Source of the DNA: Dictyostelium discoideum
Lineage: Eukaryota
Direction of reading: 5' to 3'
Assembly (NCBI GenBank): GCA_000004695.1
Contig: CM000152.2
Location: forward strand, 864,001-928,000
Length of the DNA stretch: 64,000 nucleotides
Each line of letters begins with the position of its first letter. Position 1 is the stretch's first letter. Below, piece by piece: positions 29,526-43,157 of this stretch. The translations under genes and the position numbers were made by a program. The notes beneath the pieces are model-generated. The model did no database searches. It was not told the origin of the DNA and was given only the letters and a program-made list of their open reading frames with translations.

Positions 29526-31357
29526 TTTTTTTTTTTTTTATTTGTTTGTTTGTTTTTTTTTTTTTTTTTTAGTGTATACTTTTTTAAATATTTTAAATTA
29601 TATTTTTACTATTATTTATTTTATTTTTTTTTTTTACTTTTTTAATATATTATTGTTTTTATTTTTGTATTATATTTTGTGTGGTGATTTATGTGTATAA
29701 ATTTTAAAATAATAAAAAAAAAAATAAATAAGAAAAATGATGGAATTAAATGATGGTTATTACAAAAAAAATAAAAAATAAAATAAATAAAAAAAAAGTA
29801 AAACTAAATTTAAATTAAAAAATGCCTATATTATTATTATTATTATTATTATAATTTGTAAAAAAAAAAAATATATGTGTGTTTAGTGTGGTGGGTGATA
29901 AAAATTGGGATATATAATAGGTCTATTTTGGTTATTTTTTTTTTTTTTTGATGTGTTTATAAATAAAAATTTTATTGAACCAAAAAAAAAATAAAAAAAT
30001 AATAAAATAAAAAGAATAAAAAAATAATAAAAAAGGAATTATGAAAACAAAAACAAAAAAAAAAAAAAAAAAAAAAAGTAAAAAAAAAAAAAAAAAAAAA
30101 AAGTTGAAAATTTGACGTTTTTTAAATATTTTTTTAGCAATCTAGATTTCAAAAAACTTTTTTTTATTTTTAGCAACAATTATGACAAAAACGAAAAAAA
30201 AAATAAATAAAAAAAAAAAAAATAAAAAAAGATGAAAAAGTTGGATGGTTTGGCATTGAGCAATGGTTTTTTTTTTGTCATATTAAACGTTGTAACATTA
30301 CACAAAAATTATCAAAAAAAAAAAAAAAAAAATATTGTTATTGATCACTTAAATTTCGAATAATCATTTAAATATTCTTGAAGTTTTAAAACCAATATCA
30401 TATAGGTTATGTTTTTTTACAATTAAAAAAAAAAAATAATAATAAAAATAATAATAAAAAAAAACAGATAATAATTTAAAACATCTTGTCATATTTTTTT
30501 TTAATTTGATGTTTATAAATCTTTTTGATTATTAATAATATTTTTTTTTTTTTTTTTTTTTTTTTTATTTTTAAAAATTGATATTATTATATATTCATTA
30601 GAAATAACTATTTTAAATGATTTTAATTCAAATATTATGAATGGTGGTGGATCAATTAATATGCTATTTAAAAAAATAATGGTAGAATATTGATAATAAT
30701 TATTATGATTGTAATGAATTGATTTAAGATACTTCAATAATTTATCCACCACTTTAAAATTATAATCAAAAATCAAAAACATTTATTTCAAAAAAAAATT
30801 AGAATAATAAAGAATATCTCATTATTTTACAAATTTGTAAACACAGTAATATATATATATATATATATATATTTGAAAGCCTGTATCAATGATAAAACAG
30901 TTTTTTTTTTATTTTTTTATAATTTTTTTTTTTATTAGTATAATAAATAAATATTATCTATCTCTTTTATTCATTTATTTTTTTATTTTTTTATTTTTAA
31001 CTTTTTATTTTTTTATTGTTTTTACTTTTTTTTGAGTATTGGTGATTTAAATTATTGTCACCACCTCCTCTAATTAAATTTAGAATTGAAAGATTTTATT
31101 CATTTAGAATAGAAGTTGGTACACTGGTATGAGTTACCAATTCAGTTTTACTATTTGTGATTCTATGAGTTGTTGCATACAAACTTTTATAAGTGAAAAT
31201 GCATAATCTTCTCATGTAAGGATAATACGATTGTTGAACAGTTGGTTGAGTTGAATCGATTTAAATTACTGATAATTGAGTTGAAATGGTTTGAATTACT
31301 GGTGGTTGATTTGAATTTGTTGGGGGATTACTGTTGTTTGATTATACATTGGATTAT

Positions 31358-31484
31358 CAAGATTGAACATGATTATTAGAATCTAAAATAGTTGAGTTGA
31401 TCTTCAAAAACAAAAAAAGTTTTAAAAGTTCAGCTATGCTATTAACTCAACTATTTTAGATTCTAATAATCTTGCTCAATCTTG
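31358..31484. repeat. Imperfect 41-bp inverted repeat (39 of 41 positions match, extendable to about 48 bp) with a 45-bp spacer. It is a candidate transposon or MITE remnant, or a hairpin-forming element.
   Basis: Left arm caagattgaacatgattattagaatctaaaatagttgagtt; right arm aactcaactattttagattctaataatcttgctcaatcttg. Confidence 0.6.
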
Positions 31485-31570
31485 ATCATCCAATGAATAG
31501 CCTAACAGTAGTGATCCCAACAAATTCAACCCAACCACCATTAAAATTATAGGGTTTTGTTTTAATTTAA

Positions 31571-31571
<1 letters not shown>

Positions 31572-31630
<59 letters not shown>
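31572..31630. repeat. (ATT)n microsatellite of about 20 units, intergenic.
   Basis: Read directly. Confidence 0.8.
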
Positions 31631-31631
<1 letters not shown>

Positions 31632-32404
31632 ATTATCAAAACTTAACTCTCTGATGCATTAGTAGTTGTAGTATTAATTGTTGGTTCAGTTGAAAATGGA
31701 TTTCTACTATTATTATTATTGAATGAATAATTTGGACTATAAATTTTTGAAGAAAAATAAATAAATAAAAAAATTAGTTAAATTAATTATTGTGGTGATG
31801 GTTGGCTATTGACATAATTTGAAAAATAAAAAAAAAAAGTTATTTCTATAGAAAATGCAAGAATAAAAAAAAAAAAAAAATAACAATAATTATAATAAAA
31901 AAAAAAAAGTAATAAGAAAAAAAGATAACCATCTAGAACAAAGATAATTTTTTATATTTTTATACTTTTTTTTTAATGTTTGAAATTTTTAATATAAAAG
32001 GATAAAAAATAAAACAAATAAAAAAAAAATAAAAAAAATATAAAATTGTTTTTTGAAATAAGAGAAAATAAATAAAATTTTAATATAAATAATTAAGTTA
32101 AAATAAAACAAACTTAAATTTAAAATAAAAAAAATAAAAAAAAAAATTTGTTTAGATAAAATAAAAAAAAAATAATTACTCGACTCATCGATAGTAGTTT
32201 ATTATCAATCACATACTTTGAACCAAATAAATTTCAAGTTTATCAAATGAATCTTATAATGATCATTAAAAAAAAAAAAAGAAAAGAAAAAATAAAAAAT
32301 AAAAAATAAAAAATAAAATAATTGTAGATTCTTTTTTTCAATGTTTTTCTTTTTTTTTTTTTTTTGTTAATTCTTTCCTTTTTTTTTTTTTATTTTTTTT
32401 TTTA

Positions 32405-32436
<32 letters not shown>

Positions 32437-32587
32437 TATAAAAAAAAAAAAAAAATTACGATTATTTTTCCCTTGATTGATATTTTATAACAAAAACGAT
32501 AAAAATCAATTAATTACACAACAACAGTTCACTAATATCTTTTTTTCTTTTTTATTTTTTATTTTATTTTTTTTATTTTTTATTGTG

Positions 32588-32660
32588 ATTGGTTATTTTA
32601 ATTGATTGTAACCATACTATTAACCAATGAAATTAAATAAAATCTAAGCCAATCAATCAA
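32588..32660. promoter_or_regulatory. Cluster of three CCAAT/ATTGG boxes (gtgattggtta, ttaaccaatga, agccaatcaatc), about 200-260 bp upstream of the Ras-like GTPase start.
   Basis: Read directly. CCAAT is the NF-Y site, and NF-Y subunits are encoded in Dictyostelium. Confidence 0.3.
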
Positions 32661-32853
32661 CAAAATATCTAAAATCTTTTTTTCATTGAAAAAAAAAATG
32701 GGCTTGGTCTAAAAAATATAAAACCTTTCGACTTTTCATTTTTCTTTTTTTTTTTTTATTTTATTTTTTATTTATTAAAAAAAAAAAAAACCCTAAGACG
32801 ATAAAAAAAAAAACATACAAAAAAAAAAATAAAATAAAATAAAACAAATAATA

Positions 32854-33725
32854 ATGCCAAAAGCAACATTTAAAATATTATTAATAGGAGAAACTCAGGT
32901 TGGTTGCTCGACAATATTATCTCAATTTAAAAAATCCTATGCCACAGAAAAGTAATTATTTTTTTTTTTTTGAAAAAAAATGAAAATAAAAATGAAAAAA
33001 AGGGGGCGAAACTTAAACCAAAATTTTATTCATATTATTAATTGAATAATTTTTATTTTTTATTTTTTATTTTTTATTTTTTTTTTTTATACATTAAAAG
33101 AAATGAAAATAAATTTGGAACATTGAATAAAAATAAAGAAAAACCTAAAGAAGAAAAAGATAAAGTTGAAGAAGAAGAGATAAAATCATTTAAACAAATT
33201 GTCTATCATGAAAATACAAAATATATGTTAGATATTATAGATCATAAATTCATAAATCAAACTATAGAAGAAGGACAAGAACAACAAGAACAACAAGAAC
33301 AAAACACAAATTTACCATTTGAAGATTTTATTAAAGAATTTCATGGATTTATATTGGTTTATGACATAACAAAATTATCAAGTTCAAAGAAATTAAAAGA
33401 AATGTACGAATTGATTAATAAAAACAATCATTGTAATTATAGATCAATTTTATTAATTGGTAATAAGAATGATTTAAAAGATGAAAGAGAAATAACTTAT
33501 AGTCAAGGTGAAGAATTTGCAGAGAATTTTGATTGCCTGTTTTCTGAAATATCCTCAAAAGATATGATTCAACTTGATTCTGCTATCACCTCTTTAATTA
33601 CTGATTTGGTAACAAAAAGGTATGAAAGTATGACAATTACAAAACAATCTTCCTCAAAAAGTAAAAAAAAATTCATATTACCTTTTAAAAGTGGTTTATC
33701 AAATAGAAATTGTAAATTTATGTAA
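32854..33725 (+). CDS. Divergent Ras-superfamily small GTPase, candidate pseudo-GTPase, about 241 aa. Structure is join(32854..32951, 33101..33725). The P-loop has Cys in place of the invariant Lys, switch II is degenerate, NKxD and SAK-like motifs are intact, and there is a C-terminal CaaX-like CKFM.
   Basis: Exon 1 is MPKATFKILLIGETQVGCSTILSQFKKSYATEK with a GTAATT donor. Exon 2 (227-aa ORF frame after an AAAAG| acceptor) reads ...YMLDIIDHKF...FHGFILVYDITKLSS...ILLIGNKNDLKDEREITYSQGEEFAENFDCLFSEISSKD...NCKFM*. Confidence 0.6.
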
Positions 33726-34125
33726 AAAAAAAAAAAAAAAAAAAGATTTATTTATTATGTAGAATTATTTTTGGAAAATTTTTAGTGGAAAATAATAATA
33801 AAAAAAAAAATAAAAAATAAAAAAAAAAAAAAAATAATAAAAAAAAAAATATCCAAGATTTCTTTTTTTTTTTATAATTTTTTGATAGCAAATTAATTTT
33901 AATGAATAATTCAAATATTTTATTTTAGTTTTGGTTATTTTTTTTAAAAATAAACTTATTTCGATTACTGCAAAATAATAACTCTGACCACACAATTTAT
34001 TTTTAATCGTTATAATAAAATTCATATTTTTTTTAATATTTAGATTCTTTATTTGAAAAAAATTATTGAGATTAATATCCTTTAAGATTCTATCAAATTA
34101 AAAAAAAAATAAAAAAAAAAAATAA

Positions 34126-34166
<41 letters not shown>

Positions 34167-34174
34167 GATTTTAA

Positions 34175-34207
<33 letters not shown>

Positions 34208-34274
34208 GTATATATTTTTAAAAAAAAAAAAAAAAAAAAAAAATAGAAAAAATAATATTTATATAATTAAATTT

Positions 34275-35501
<1,227 letters not shown>

Positions 35502-36389
35502 TTTCCATTTTTTTATAAAAGTGTTTACGAATTTAATATACCAAATAAAACAAAATTTAATAATATTAATTTTAATAATAATACTATTACTACCACTACT
35601 ACTACTATTAAAAGTGATTATTATTTATTTCAAATTAATAATCAATTTAATTTTAAAAATCAATCAAATTTAAAAAATAATGAACAACAACAACAAAAAC
35701 ACCAATATTATTCAATTAATTTTGAAAATATATTAGTAACTCCAAATAATAAGGTATCAAAAGAAATTGAAAATCTAAATTTTATAATTGTAAATGATAT
35801 GTATTCTCTTTCTTTAAAAAATATAACAATACCAAATGAAATGTTTTTTTCATCAATTTATTCTTCAAATTTAATTATTGATATTGGTTTTGATAGTTAT
35901 TCTATATTTAATTCAAAAGTATTATCAGTTGGCAGTTTTAATAAATTTATAGTGAACGTTTTAGATTCAGATATTTATGAAATTAATAAAATCATTACAG
36001 ATAAAGTAAAAAATTATATCAACAATTGTAAATATTGTTTTTTTGATTTTATAAAAACAATTAACAATTACCTTGGTAATAATAATAATATAGGATATTC
36101 AATAGTCGATGGTAGTGGTAATAATAATAGTTATAATAATAATAATAATAATGCAGTAAATAGTAATATTACTCAACGAATTGATGGTTCAAGTAAAGGA
36201 AGTGAGAATGGAGGTAATGATGCCTTTAAAAAAATAATTATAGTTCCAATAATTTTATTACCATCATTAGTATTAGTAATAGTTGGTTGCATTTTTTTAT
36301 TTAAAAAAAAGAGTGTTCCAATTGCAAAAAATAAAAATTTGGAAAATGTGGAATGTGGTATTGGTGGTGAGGAAACTCATGAAGGTTGA
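35502..36389 (+). CDS. C-terminal continuation (296 codons) of the preceding ORF in the same reading frame, reaching a TM helix plus a short cytoplasmic tail. It has no ATG until 35799. It is either the 3' part of a gene interrupted by a nonsense codon or sequencing error, or a separate gene starting at M35799.
   Basis: The frame is open from 35502 (FPFFYKSVYEFNIPNKTKFNNINF...) through ...IIVPIILLPSLVLVIVGCIFLFKKKSVPIAKNKNLENVECGIGGEETHEG*. A 300-nt stop-free frame without ATG is very improbable for non-coding AT-rich DNA. Confidence 0.45.
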   Translation, partial: FPFFYKSVYEFNIPNKTKFNNINFNNNTITTTTTTIKSDYYLFQINNQFNFKNQSNLKNNEQQQQKHQYYSINFENILVTPNNKVSKEIENLNFIIVNDMYSLSLKNITIPNEMFFSSIYSSNLIIDIGFDSYSIFNSKVLSVGSFNKFIVNVLDSDIYEINKIITDKVKNYINNCKYCFFDFIKTINNYLGNNNNIGYSIVDGSGNNNSYNNNNNNAVNSNITQRIDGSSKGSENGGNDAFKKIIIVPIILLPSLVLVIVGCIFLFKKKSVPIAKNKNLENVECGIGGEETHEG

Positions 36390-37092
36390 CAACCCAAGAT
36401 ATAAATTCAATTGTTAATGAAAATGCAACTTCGGAAATAGACGCCATTTGTGATGAAACTGCATTCGAAAGATAGAAAAAAAATATAAAAAAAAAATAAT
36501 AAAAAAACATATAGGTGTTTACATTTTAAAGATTATTATATTTTCACACAGGGTGTGTGTTTTTTAATGACCTAAATTTTTTTCAAAGTAACACACAAAA
36601 TATATGATATATGATCCATTTTTAAAAAAAAAAAAAGATAGATATTAGATAAAAAACTAAAAAAAAAGTATGGATGAATTATTTAGTTGTTTTATTATCT
36701 ATTTTTTATTATTTATTTTTTTTTTTTTCCAAAAAAAAAAAATGAAATGAAAATAGAAAAAAAAATAAAAAAAAAATGAAAATTCACCAGATATTTATGA
36801 ATTTTTGATTTCTTATTTTTTTTGACTTTTTTTTTTTTTTTTTTGACTTTTTTTATTTTATTTTTATTTTTTTTATTTTTTTTATTATATTTTATTTTTA
36901 TTAATTTTTCTATTTTTATTTTTATTTTATTTATAGTTTTTAAAGAATCAATATCGATATGAACAAAAAAAGAAAAAAAAAATTTTGAGAGTTGAATTGC
37001 AAAAAAAAAAAAAAATTAATTTTTTTTAATTTTTTTCAGATAAACAAATCCAGTCAGTTTCATTTTTCATTTTTTTTTTTTTTTTTTTTTTT

Positions 37093-37140
<48 letters not shown>

Positions 37141-37379
37141 ATTGTATTAAAATTACATTAACTTTTTTTTTTATATTGCTAATCTTGTTTTTTTTTTTTT
37201 TTTTTTCTTTTTTTTAGTTTTTGTTTTGTTTTTGTTGTTTGATAATTTTGTGTTTTTATTTTCTTTTTTGTTTAATAATTTTTTATTTTTTTATTTTTTT
37301 TTTTTTGGTCATAAAAATTGTATTATCATACCCACACACTTTTATAATATTATAAAAAATATATTTATTTTAAAAGAAA

Positions 37380-37502
37380 ATGATTGAAAATAGAGATGGT
37401 GCAAATGTCGATCTTCAAAAAGAATTAGGTAAGTTTTTTTTTTTTTATAATAAACAATCATTTGATAATAATAATAATAATAATAACTAGAAATAAAAAT
37501 AG

Positions 37503-37537
<35 letters not shown>

Positions 37538-37582
37538 AAATAATATTATCTCCCCCCACCCACACAAATAATTTTAAAAAAA

Positions 37583-37631
<49 letters not shown>

Positions 37632-40104
37632 ATCTTTAAAATATATTTATTAATTTATACGTGTATAATTAAATAAATTAGAGGAGTACAAAGCAAAATT
37701 AGAAGCAGCATTAAAAGATAATCAAGATCTTATTTTATCAATTAAAAATCTTGAAAATCAAAACACTGACTTGCAAAATAAATATGAAGATATCGTTCTA
37801 AAATCATCAAAAACTTCCTCTACAACCAAGCCAACAACAACCACTAATACTGTAAAACCAACAGCAGCAAATGGAAAATTGGCATCATCAACATCATCAA
37901 CATCCTCACCTTCTAAACCAACAACAACTACAATCAAACCAACAACAACAACCACTACAACTGTAAAACCAACTACAGTTAAACCAGTTGCTGCTACTAA
38001 ACCAACTACTACTACCACTACTACTACTACAACCACTAAACCAACCACAACTGTAAAACCAACTACAGCTTCATCCAAACCATCAGCACCAAAACCAACA
38101 ACAACTACAACTACTAAACCAACAACAGCACCAGTTTCAAAACCAACTGCTACAGTTGCAAAGAAACCAGCAGCTGCCACTACCACTGCAGCTACCTCCA
38201 AACCAGCACCATTAACAACATCTTCATCATCATCTAATTTAAAAAAGACTGACTCAAAAACTAAACTTACCTCCACCACCACCTCTACTACATCATCACC
38301 ATCACCAAAACCAACAACATCAGCAGTAAAGAAGCCAGCTTCATTAACTACCACCACCACCACCACCACTGCTACCACTAAAACATCAACCCCAACTAAA
38401 CCAATAACAACCACTCCAACCAAACCAACAACCACTCCAGTCTCTAAAGTATCAACACCATCCAAAACCACCTCAACACCAACAAAGACTTCAACCCCAA
38501 CTAAAACTTCAACCACTACACCAACTAAACTCAGCAATACACCATCTTCATCATCATTAAAGAAAGTTGATGATAAGAAGAAATCATCAACTGATTTATC
38601 AGCAGCAGCAAAGGTAATTAAAACTGAAACTCCAACTCCTTCTGTTGAAATTCAACCAAAAGAAGAAGAAACAATTAAAGAAGAAATTAAAGTTGAACCA
38701 ATTGTTGAAGAAAAGGTTGAACAAGAAAAACAAGTTGAAGAACAAGTTAAAGTTCAAGAAGATGTTAAAGTTGAGGAAGAAGAAGATGTTAAAGTTGAAG
38801 ATGTTAAAGTTGAAGAAGTAAAAGTTGAAGAAGATGTTAAAGTTGAAGAAGAAGATGTTAAAGTTGAAGAAGAAGATGTTAAAGTTGAAGAAGTAAAAGT
38901 TGAAGAAGATGTAAAAGTTGAAGAAGAGGTTAAAGTTGAAGAAGATGTAAAAATTGAAGAGGAAGAAAAGGTTGTCCAAGAAGAAGACAAAGAAGACAAA
39001 GAAGAAGAAGATAAAGAAGAAATGGTACAAGAGGAAGAAAAAGAATTCATCCAAGAAACCACAGAACCAATTCAAAATATTGAAATCGACCGTTCAATGG
39101 ATGATTTTAAATTTGATCAAGATGATATTAAATTTGATGAAATTGAGTCAGATCTTGAATCAAACTCTTCAAGAGAAAGAGAAAGAGAAAATGAAAATAA
39201 ATCAATTGATGAACCACTTAAAGAAGAAGTATATGAAACTGAATCAGTTGGTAGTAATAATGAAAAAGAAGAACAAGAACAAGAACAAGAACAAGAACAA
39301 GAACAAGAACAAGAACAAGAACAAGAACAAGAAGAACAACACGAAGAACAACACGAAAAAGAAGTAAAACAAGAAGTTGATGAAGAGAAATTCATTGATG
39401 AAGTTATTGTTGAGGAAGAAAAACAAGAACAAGAAGAGAAAGAAGAAGTTGTTGTTGTTGTTGTTGAAGAAAAACAAGAAGTTGTTGTTGAAGAAGAAAA
39501 ACAAGAAGTTATTGCTGAAGAAGAAGAAGAAGAAGAAGAAGAAAAGGAAGAAGAATCTATTGTTATTGAGGAATCAAAACAAGAAGAAGAAGAAAAGGAA
39601 GAAGAATCTATTGTTGTTGATGAATCAAAACAAGAAGTTGTTGTTGTTGTTGGAGAAAAAGAAGAAGAAGAAACTATTGTTGTTGAAGAACAACCAATAC
39701 AAGAAGTTGAAACTGAACTTGTTGAGGAGGAAGAAAAACTTGAAGAACAAGTTGTTGAAGAAGAAAAAGAAAGACAAGAAATTATCGATGATCTTTTAGG
39801 TAATGATGATGATAATAAAAATGAAGAAGTAGAAGATGAAGAAGAAGAAGAAAAAGAAGATGAAAAAGTAGAACAAAAAGTAGAAGATCCACAACAACAA
39901 CAACAACAACAAGAATCATCCAAATTTGATTTAGAATTTGATTTTGATTCAATTTCAACTTTTAAACCAAATGAAAACAACAACGCTCAAACTGAATCAT
40001 CTCAAAAATCAAACTTTTCCGATCTTCTTGATTTAGATTTCACCAACACATCAACCACATCTGCTACAATTTCTGTTGAACAAGAGGTTGAAGAAATGTT
40101 TTAA
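37380..40104 (+). CDS. Low-complexity protein of about 825 aa. It has an N-terminal coiled-coil, a Thr/Pro/Lys-rich mucin-like region, (E/D)VKVEEE and EQ repeats, and an acidic C-terminus with a clathrin-box-like LLDLD. Structure is join(37380..37428, 37682..40104).
   Basis: Exon 1 is MIENRDGANVDLQKEL with a GTAAGT donor. Exon 2, after a TTAG| acceptor, reads EEYKAKLEAALKDNQDLILSIKNLENQNTDLQNKYEDIVLKS... in the frame of the 777-aa ORF (which the track starts at an internal TTG). The C-terminus is ...FDLEFDFDSISTFKPNE...SNFSDLLDLDF. Confidence 0.6.
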
Positions 40105-40323
40105 AAATAAAATAAAAAATAAAAAATAAAAAATAAAAAATAAAAAATAAAATAAAACAAATAATAACAATTAAAATAAAATAAAATAAAATAAAATTTT
40201 CTTTTTTTTTTTTAATTTTTAATTTTTAATTTTTAATTTTTATAAATACAACAACAACAACAACAACAACAAAATGTACATGAATTATTTATTTATTTAT
40301 TTAATTAATTTATTTAATTTAAT

Positions 40324-41287
40324 TTATTTATTATTTTCTTCTTGTAATTTTTTAATATTTTCTAATTCATCTCTTAATAATTTATCATTTGGTTCTAAAC
40401 GAATTGCTTGAACTAAACATCTTTTAGCAGAATCATATTGTTTATTTAAAGAATAAGCTTGACCCATACGATAATAGAATTTAGCAGTTGTATTACCACC
40501 CAATTCCAATATCTTTTCACAATTACTTATACCTCTTTTACCATCTTTCAATTTAATATTACAAGATGCTAAATTTAAATATAAAATTATTAATGTATCT
40601 TTTAATAATTTATTCTCCATTTCATTTAATCCTAATGTTTGTTCTGGATCATTCAATATCCAAATACTCTTTACATAATGTCTAATTGATTTCTTATAAT
40701 TTGATTTCTGAAAGAACTGATTACCAATCTCTTTCTCTTCTTTTGATTTATTTATTAATGATTCAAAATTTGTAAAATCCTAAAAAATAAAATAAAATTA
40801 ATAAAATTAATAAAATTAATAAAATTAATAAAATTAATAAATTATTTATTTACTTTATATTTATTTTAATATACATACATTTGATTTTAATTTATATGAT
40901 AATAATTTAATTTTATAAATAACTGAAACATTTGGGGGTATAAAAGGTGGTAAACCTAATTTACCAAATGCATATCTTTGAGTTGTAACGATTTCAGCTT
41001 CTTGACCAACTTTCATTGTTGAAATGGATAGTTCAATTGCATCAATAACTGATTTTGTACCCATTTGAAATGTAAATGGTGAATTTCTTTGTACTGATGA
41101 ATCGAATAAAACTTGATTCGATAAATATCCTTCATAATGAACTGTAACAATTGATCTTGGTGGTGGTATTTCACCATATCCTTCTTTTATAATTCTTTTA
41201 ATTAAACAACCATCTGAATCTAATTGAATACCTGCTTTTCTTGGTTTATTATTAATATTATTATTATTATTACTATCACTATTTATT

Positions 41288-41363
<76 letters not shown>

Positions 41364-41523
41364 TTGAACTTATTAATCTTGGTGATGATATTGGTGATGA
41401 AAGTATTGAATTTGATAATATTGGCGATAATGTATTATTACTACTACAAACACTACCACCACTATTACCACTATTACCACTATTACCACTATTATCTTTG
41501 TTTAAAGGTAATGATAAATTCAT
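40324..41523 (-). CDS. FKBP-type peptidyl-prolyl cis-trans isomerase with C-terminal TPR repeats, about 366 aa. Structure is join(40324..40779, 40879..41523).
   Basis: Exon 1 has a Ser/Asn-rich N-terminus followed by an FKBP domain ([75 protein letters not shown]...YAFGKLG...[14 protein letters not shown]) and ends at a GTATGT donor. Exon 2 after TTTTAG| reads [40 protein letters not shown]...[31 protein letters not shown] (TPR). Confidence 0.75.
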
Positions 41524-41952
41524 CTTTTTCTATTTTTATTTTGTTATTGATTATCTGGAATTAAAAAAAAAAAAAAAAAAAAATAAAAATAAAAATAAAA
41601 AAAAACTTTTTTTCATTTTTTTTTTTTTTTTTTAATTTACAAAAAATAAACCATTTTACAAAAATCTCAAATCAATAATGAGATATCCACATTCATTCGA
41701 AAATGAGTTTATTTAAAACTTGGGATTTGTTGGATTTTTTTTTTTTTTTTTTTTAAAAAAAAACAATGGTGTCAAAATATTTCTGGAAAAAAAAAAAATG
41801 TCAAATAAAAAAATAAATAAATAAAAATGTTTATCAAATAGCTATTTTTAAATATTTATTAAAAGGTTATGCATGTTAAAAATCTTTTGTGGAATAAACT
41901 TTTAATAAATGATGGAAAATTAAGAAAAACCTAAACTAACTAACTTTTTTTG

Positions 41953-41996
<44 letters not shown>

Positions 41997-43157
41997 TTTG
42001 GTGGTTTGAGGGTCAAAAAAAAAAAAAAAAAAATATCTGATGGTTAATTTAAAGGATTAAAAAAAGGATAAAAAAAAAAAAAAAAAAAAAATATATATAT
42101 ATAAATAATATATGGTAATATTAAAAAATATTTACTTAAAGGTAAAAAATAAAAAAAAATGAAAATTTAAAAATAAAATAAAATTTAATCAAAGAATAAA
42201 AAAAAAGAAAAAAAAAGAAAAAAAAAAGAAATAAAACAAGCACCAATGGGCACTGTGTTCAAAATTAGTGTGATTATAATAATGAAAAACAAAAATAAAA
42301 AAAAAAAAAAATAAAAAAAAATAAAAAAAAAAATTTGAGGGCACCCCTGACAATTACTGATCAATTTAAAAAAGTTTCTCTTAATTACTTTTATTTTTTT
42401 TTTTTTTTTTTTTTTTTTCTTTTGCTTTGCTTTGCTTATTTTTTTTTTTTTTTTTTTTTTTTTTATTTATTAATAATAATAATACCAAACTATTTTTATA
42501 CCCTATAGAAATAATAATAAAAATATATTGTTAATATTAATAATATATTGTATAGTAATAATTATAATAATTCAAGTTTAATTAATAGTTTACAGATTAC
42601 CCATCTCATCAATTGATTAATCACTTTTTTTTTTTTTTCCTTTTTTTTTTTCTTGTTTCTCTTTTTAAATACACACCCAGTTTTTTTTGTTTATTTTTTT
42701 TTTTTTTAAAATTTAAAATTTTTTTTCTTTTTTTTTTTTTTATTTTTTATTTTTTCTTTTTTTTTATTTGTAATCACCCCACTCACCCTATTTAAACATA
42801 ATTGCTAGTATATATTCATATACAATAGATACCTATTAAATACCAACTTTTATATCACCATCATCATCATTCTTAAAAAAAATAAAAAATAAAAAATAAA
42901 AAATAAAAAAAAAAAAAAATAAAAAAAAAAAAAATAAAAAATAATCACAATAAAAAAAAAAAAAACAAACCTTTATTTCAAAATTTTTTAAATATTTTAT
43001 TATTTATAATAAATATTTTTTTTCTTTATATATATTTTATAAATAATAATAATAATAATAACTTTAAAAAGTAAAAAATAAATATATTTTTTTTTACAAA
43101 ATAATAAATAATAAATAATTTAATTTAATTTAAATAAATAAAAAAAAAAAATAAAAA

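Noticed and set aside
30513-30782. 89-aa minus-strand ORF in the long intergenic region.
   Set aside because: Low-complexity peptide ending in poly-Lys from a poly-T tract; no signal, no homology, no splice context.
31641-31770. Short minus-strand frame ...SPNYSFNNNNSRNPFSTEPTINTTTTNASES* adjacent to (ATT)n.
   Set aside because: Only about 45 codons, no start codon or convincing acceptor, and typical low-complexity composition. It could be a relic of the putative decayed element but is not a supportable CDS.
36301-36510. 69-aa minus-strand ORF overlapping the 3' end of the membrane-protein gene.
   Set aside because: Antisense to a supported CDS and extending into non-coding DNA.
38599-39983. 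Minus-strand ORFs 38599..39075, 38754..39062, 39117..39983 and 39244..39504, plus the plus-strand ORFs 38954..39367 and 39377..39799.
   Set aside because: They are antisense or frame-shifted readings of the GAAGAA and GTTAAA repeats of the EVK-repeat gene, and give poly-S/F/L or poly-K artefacts.
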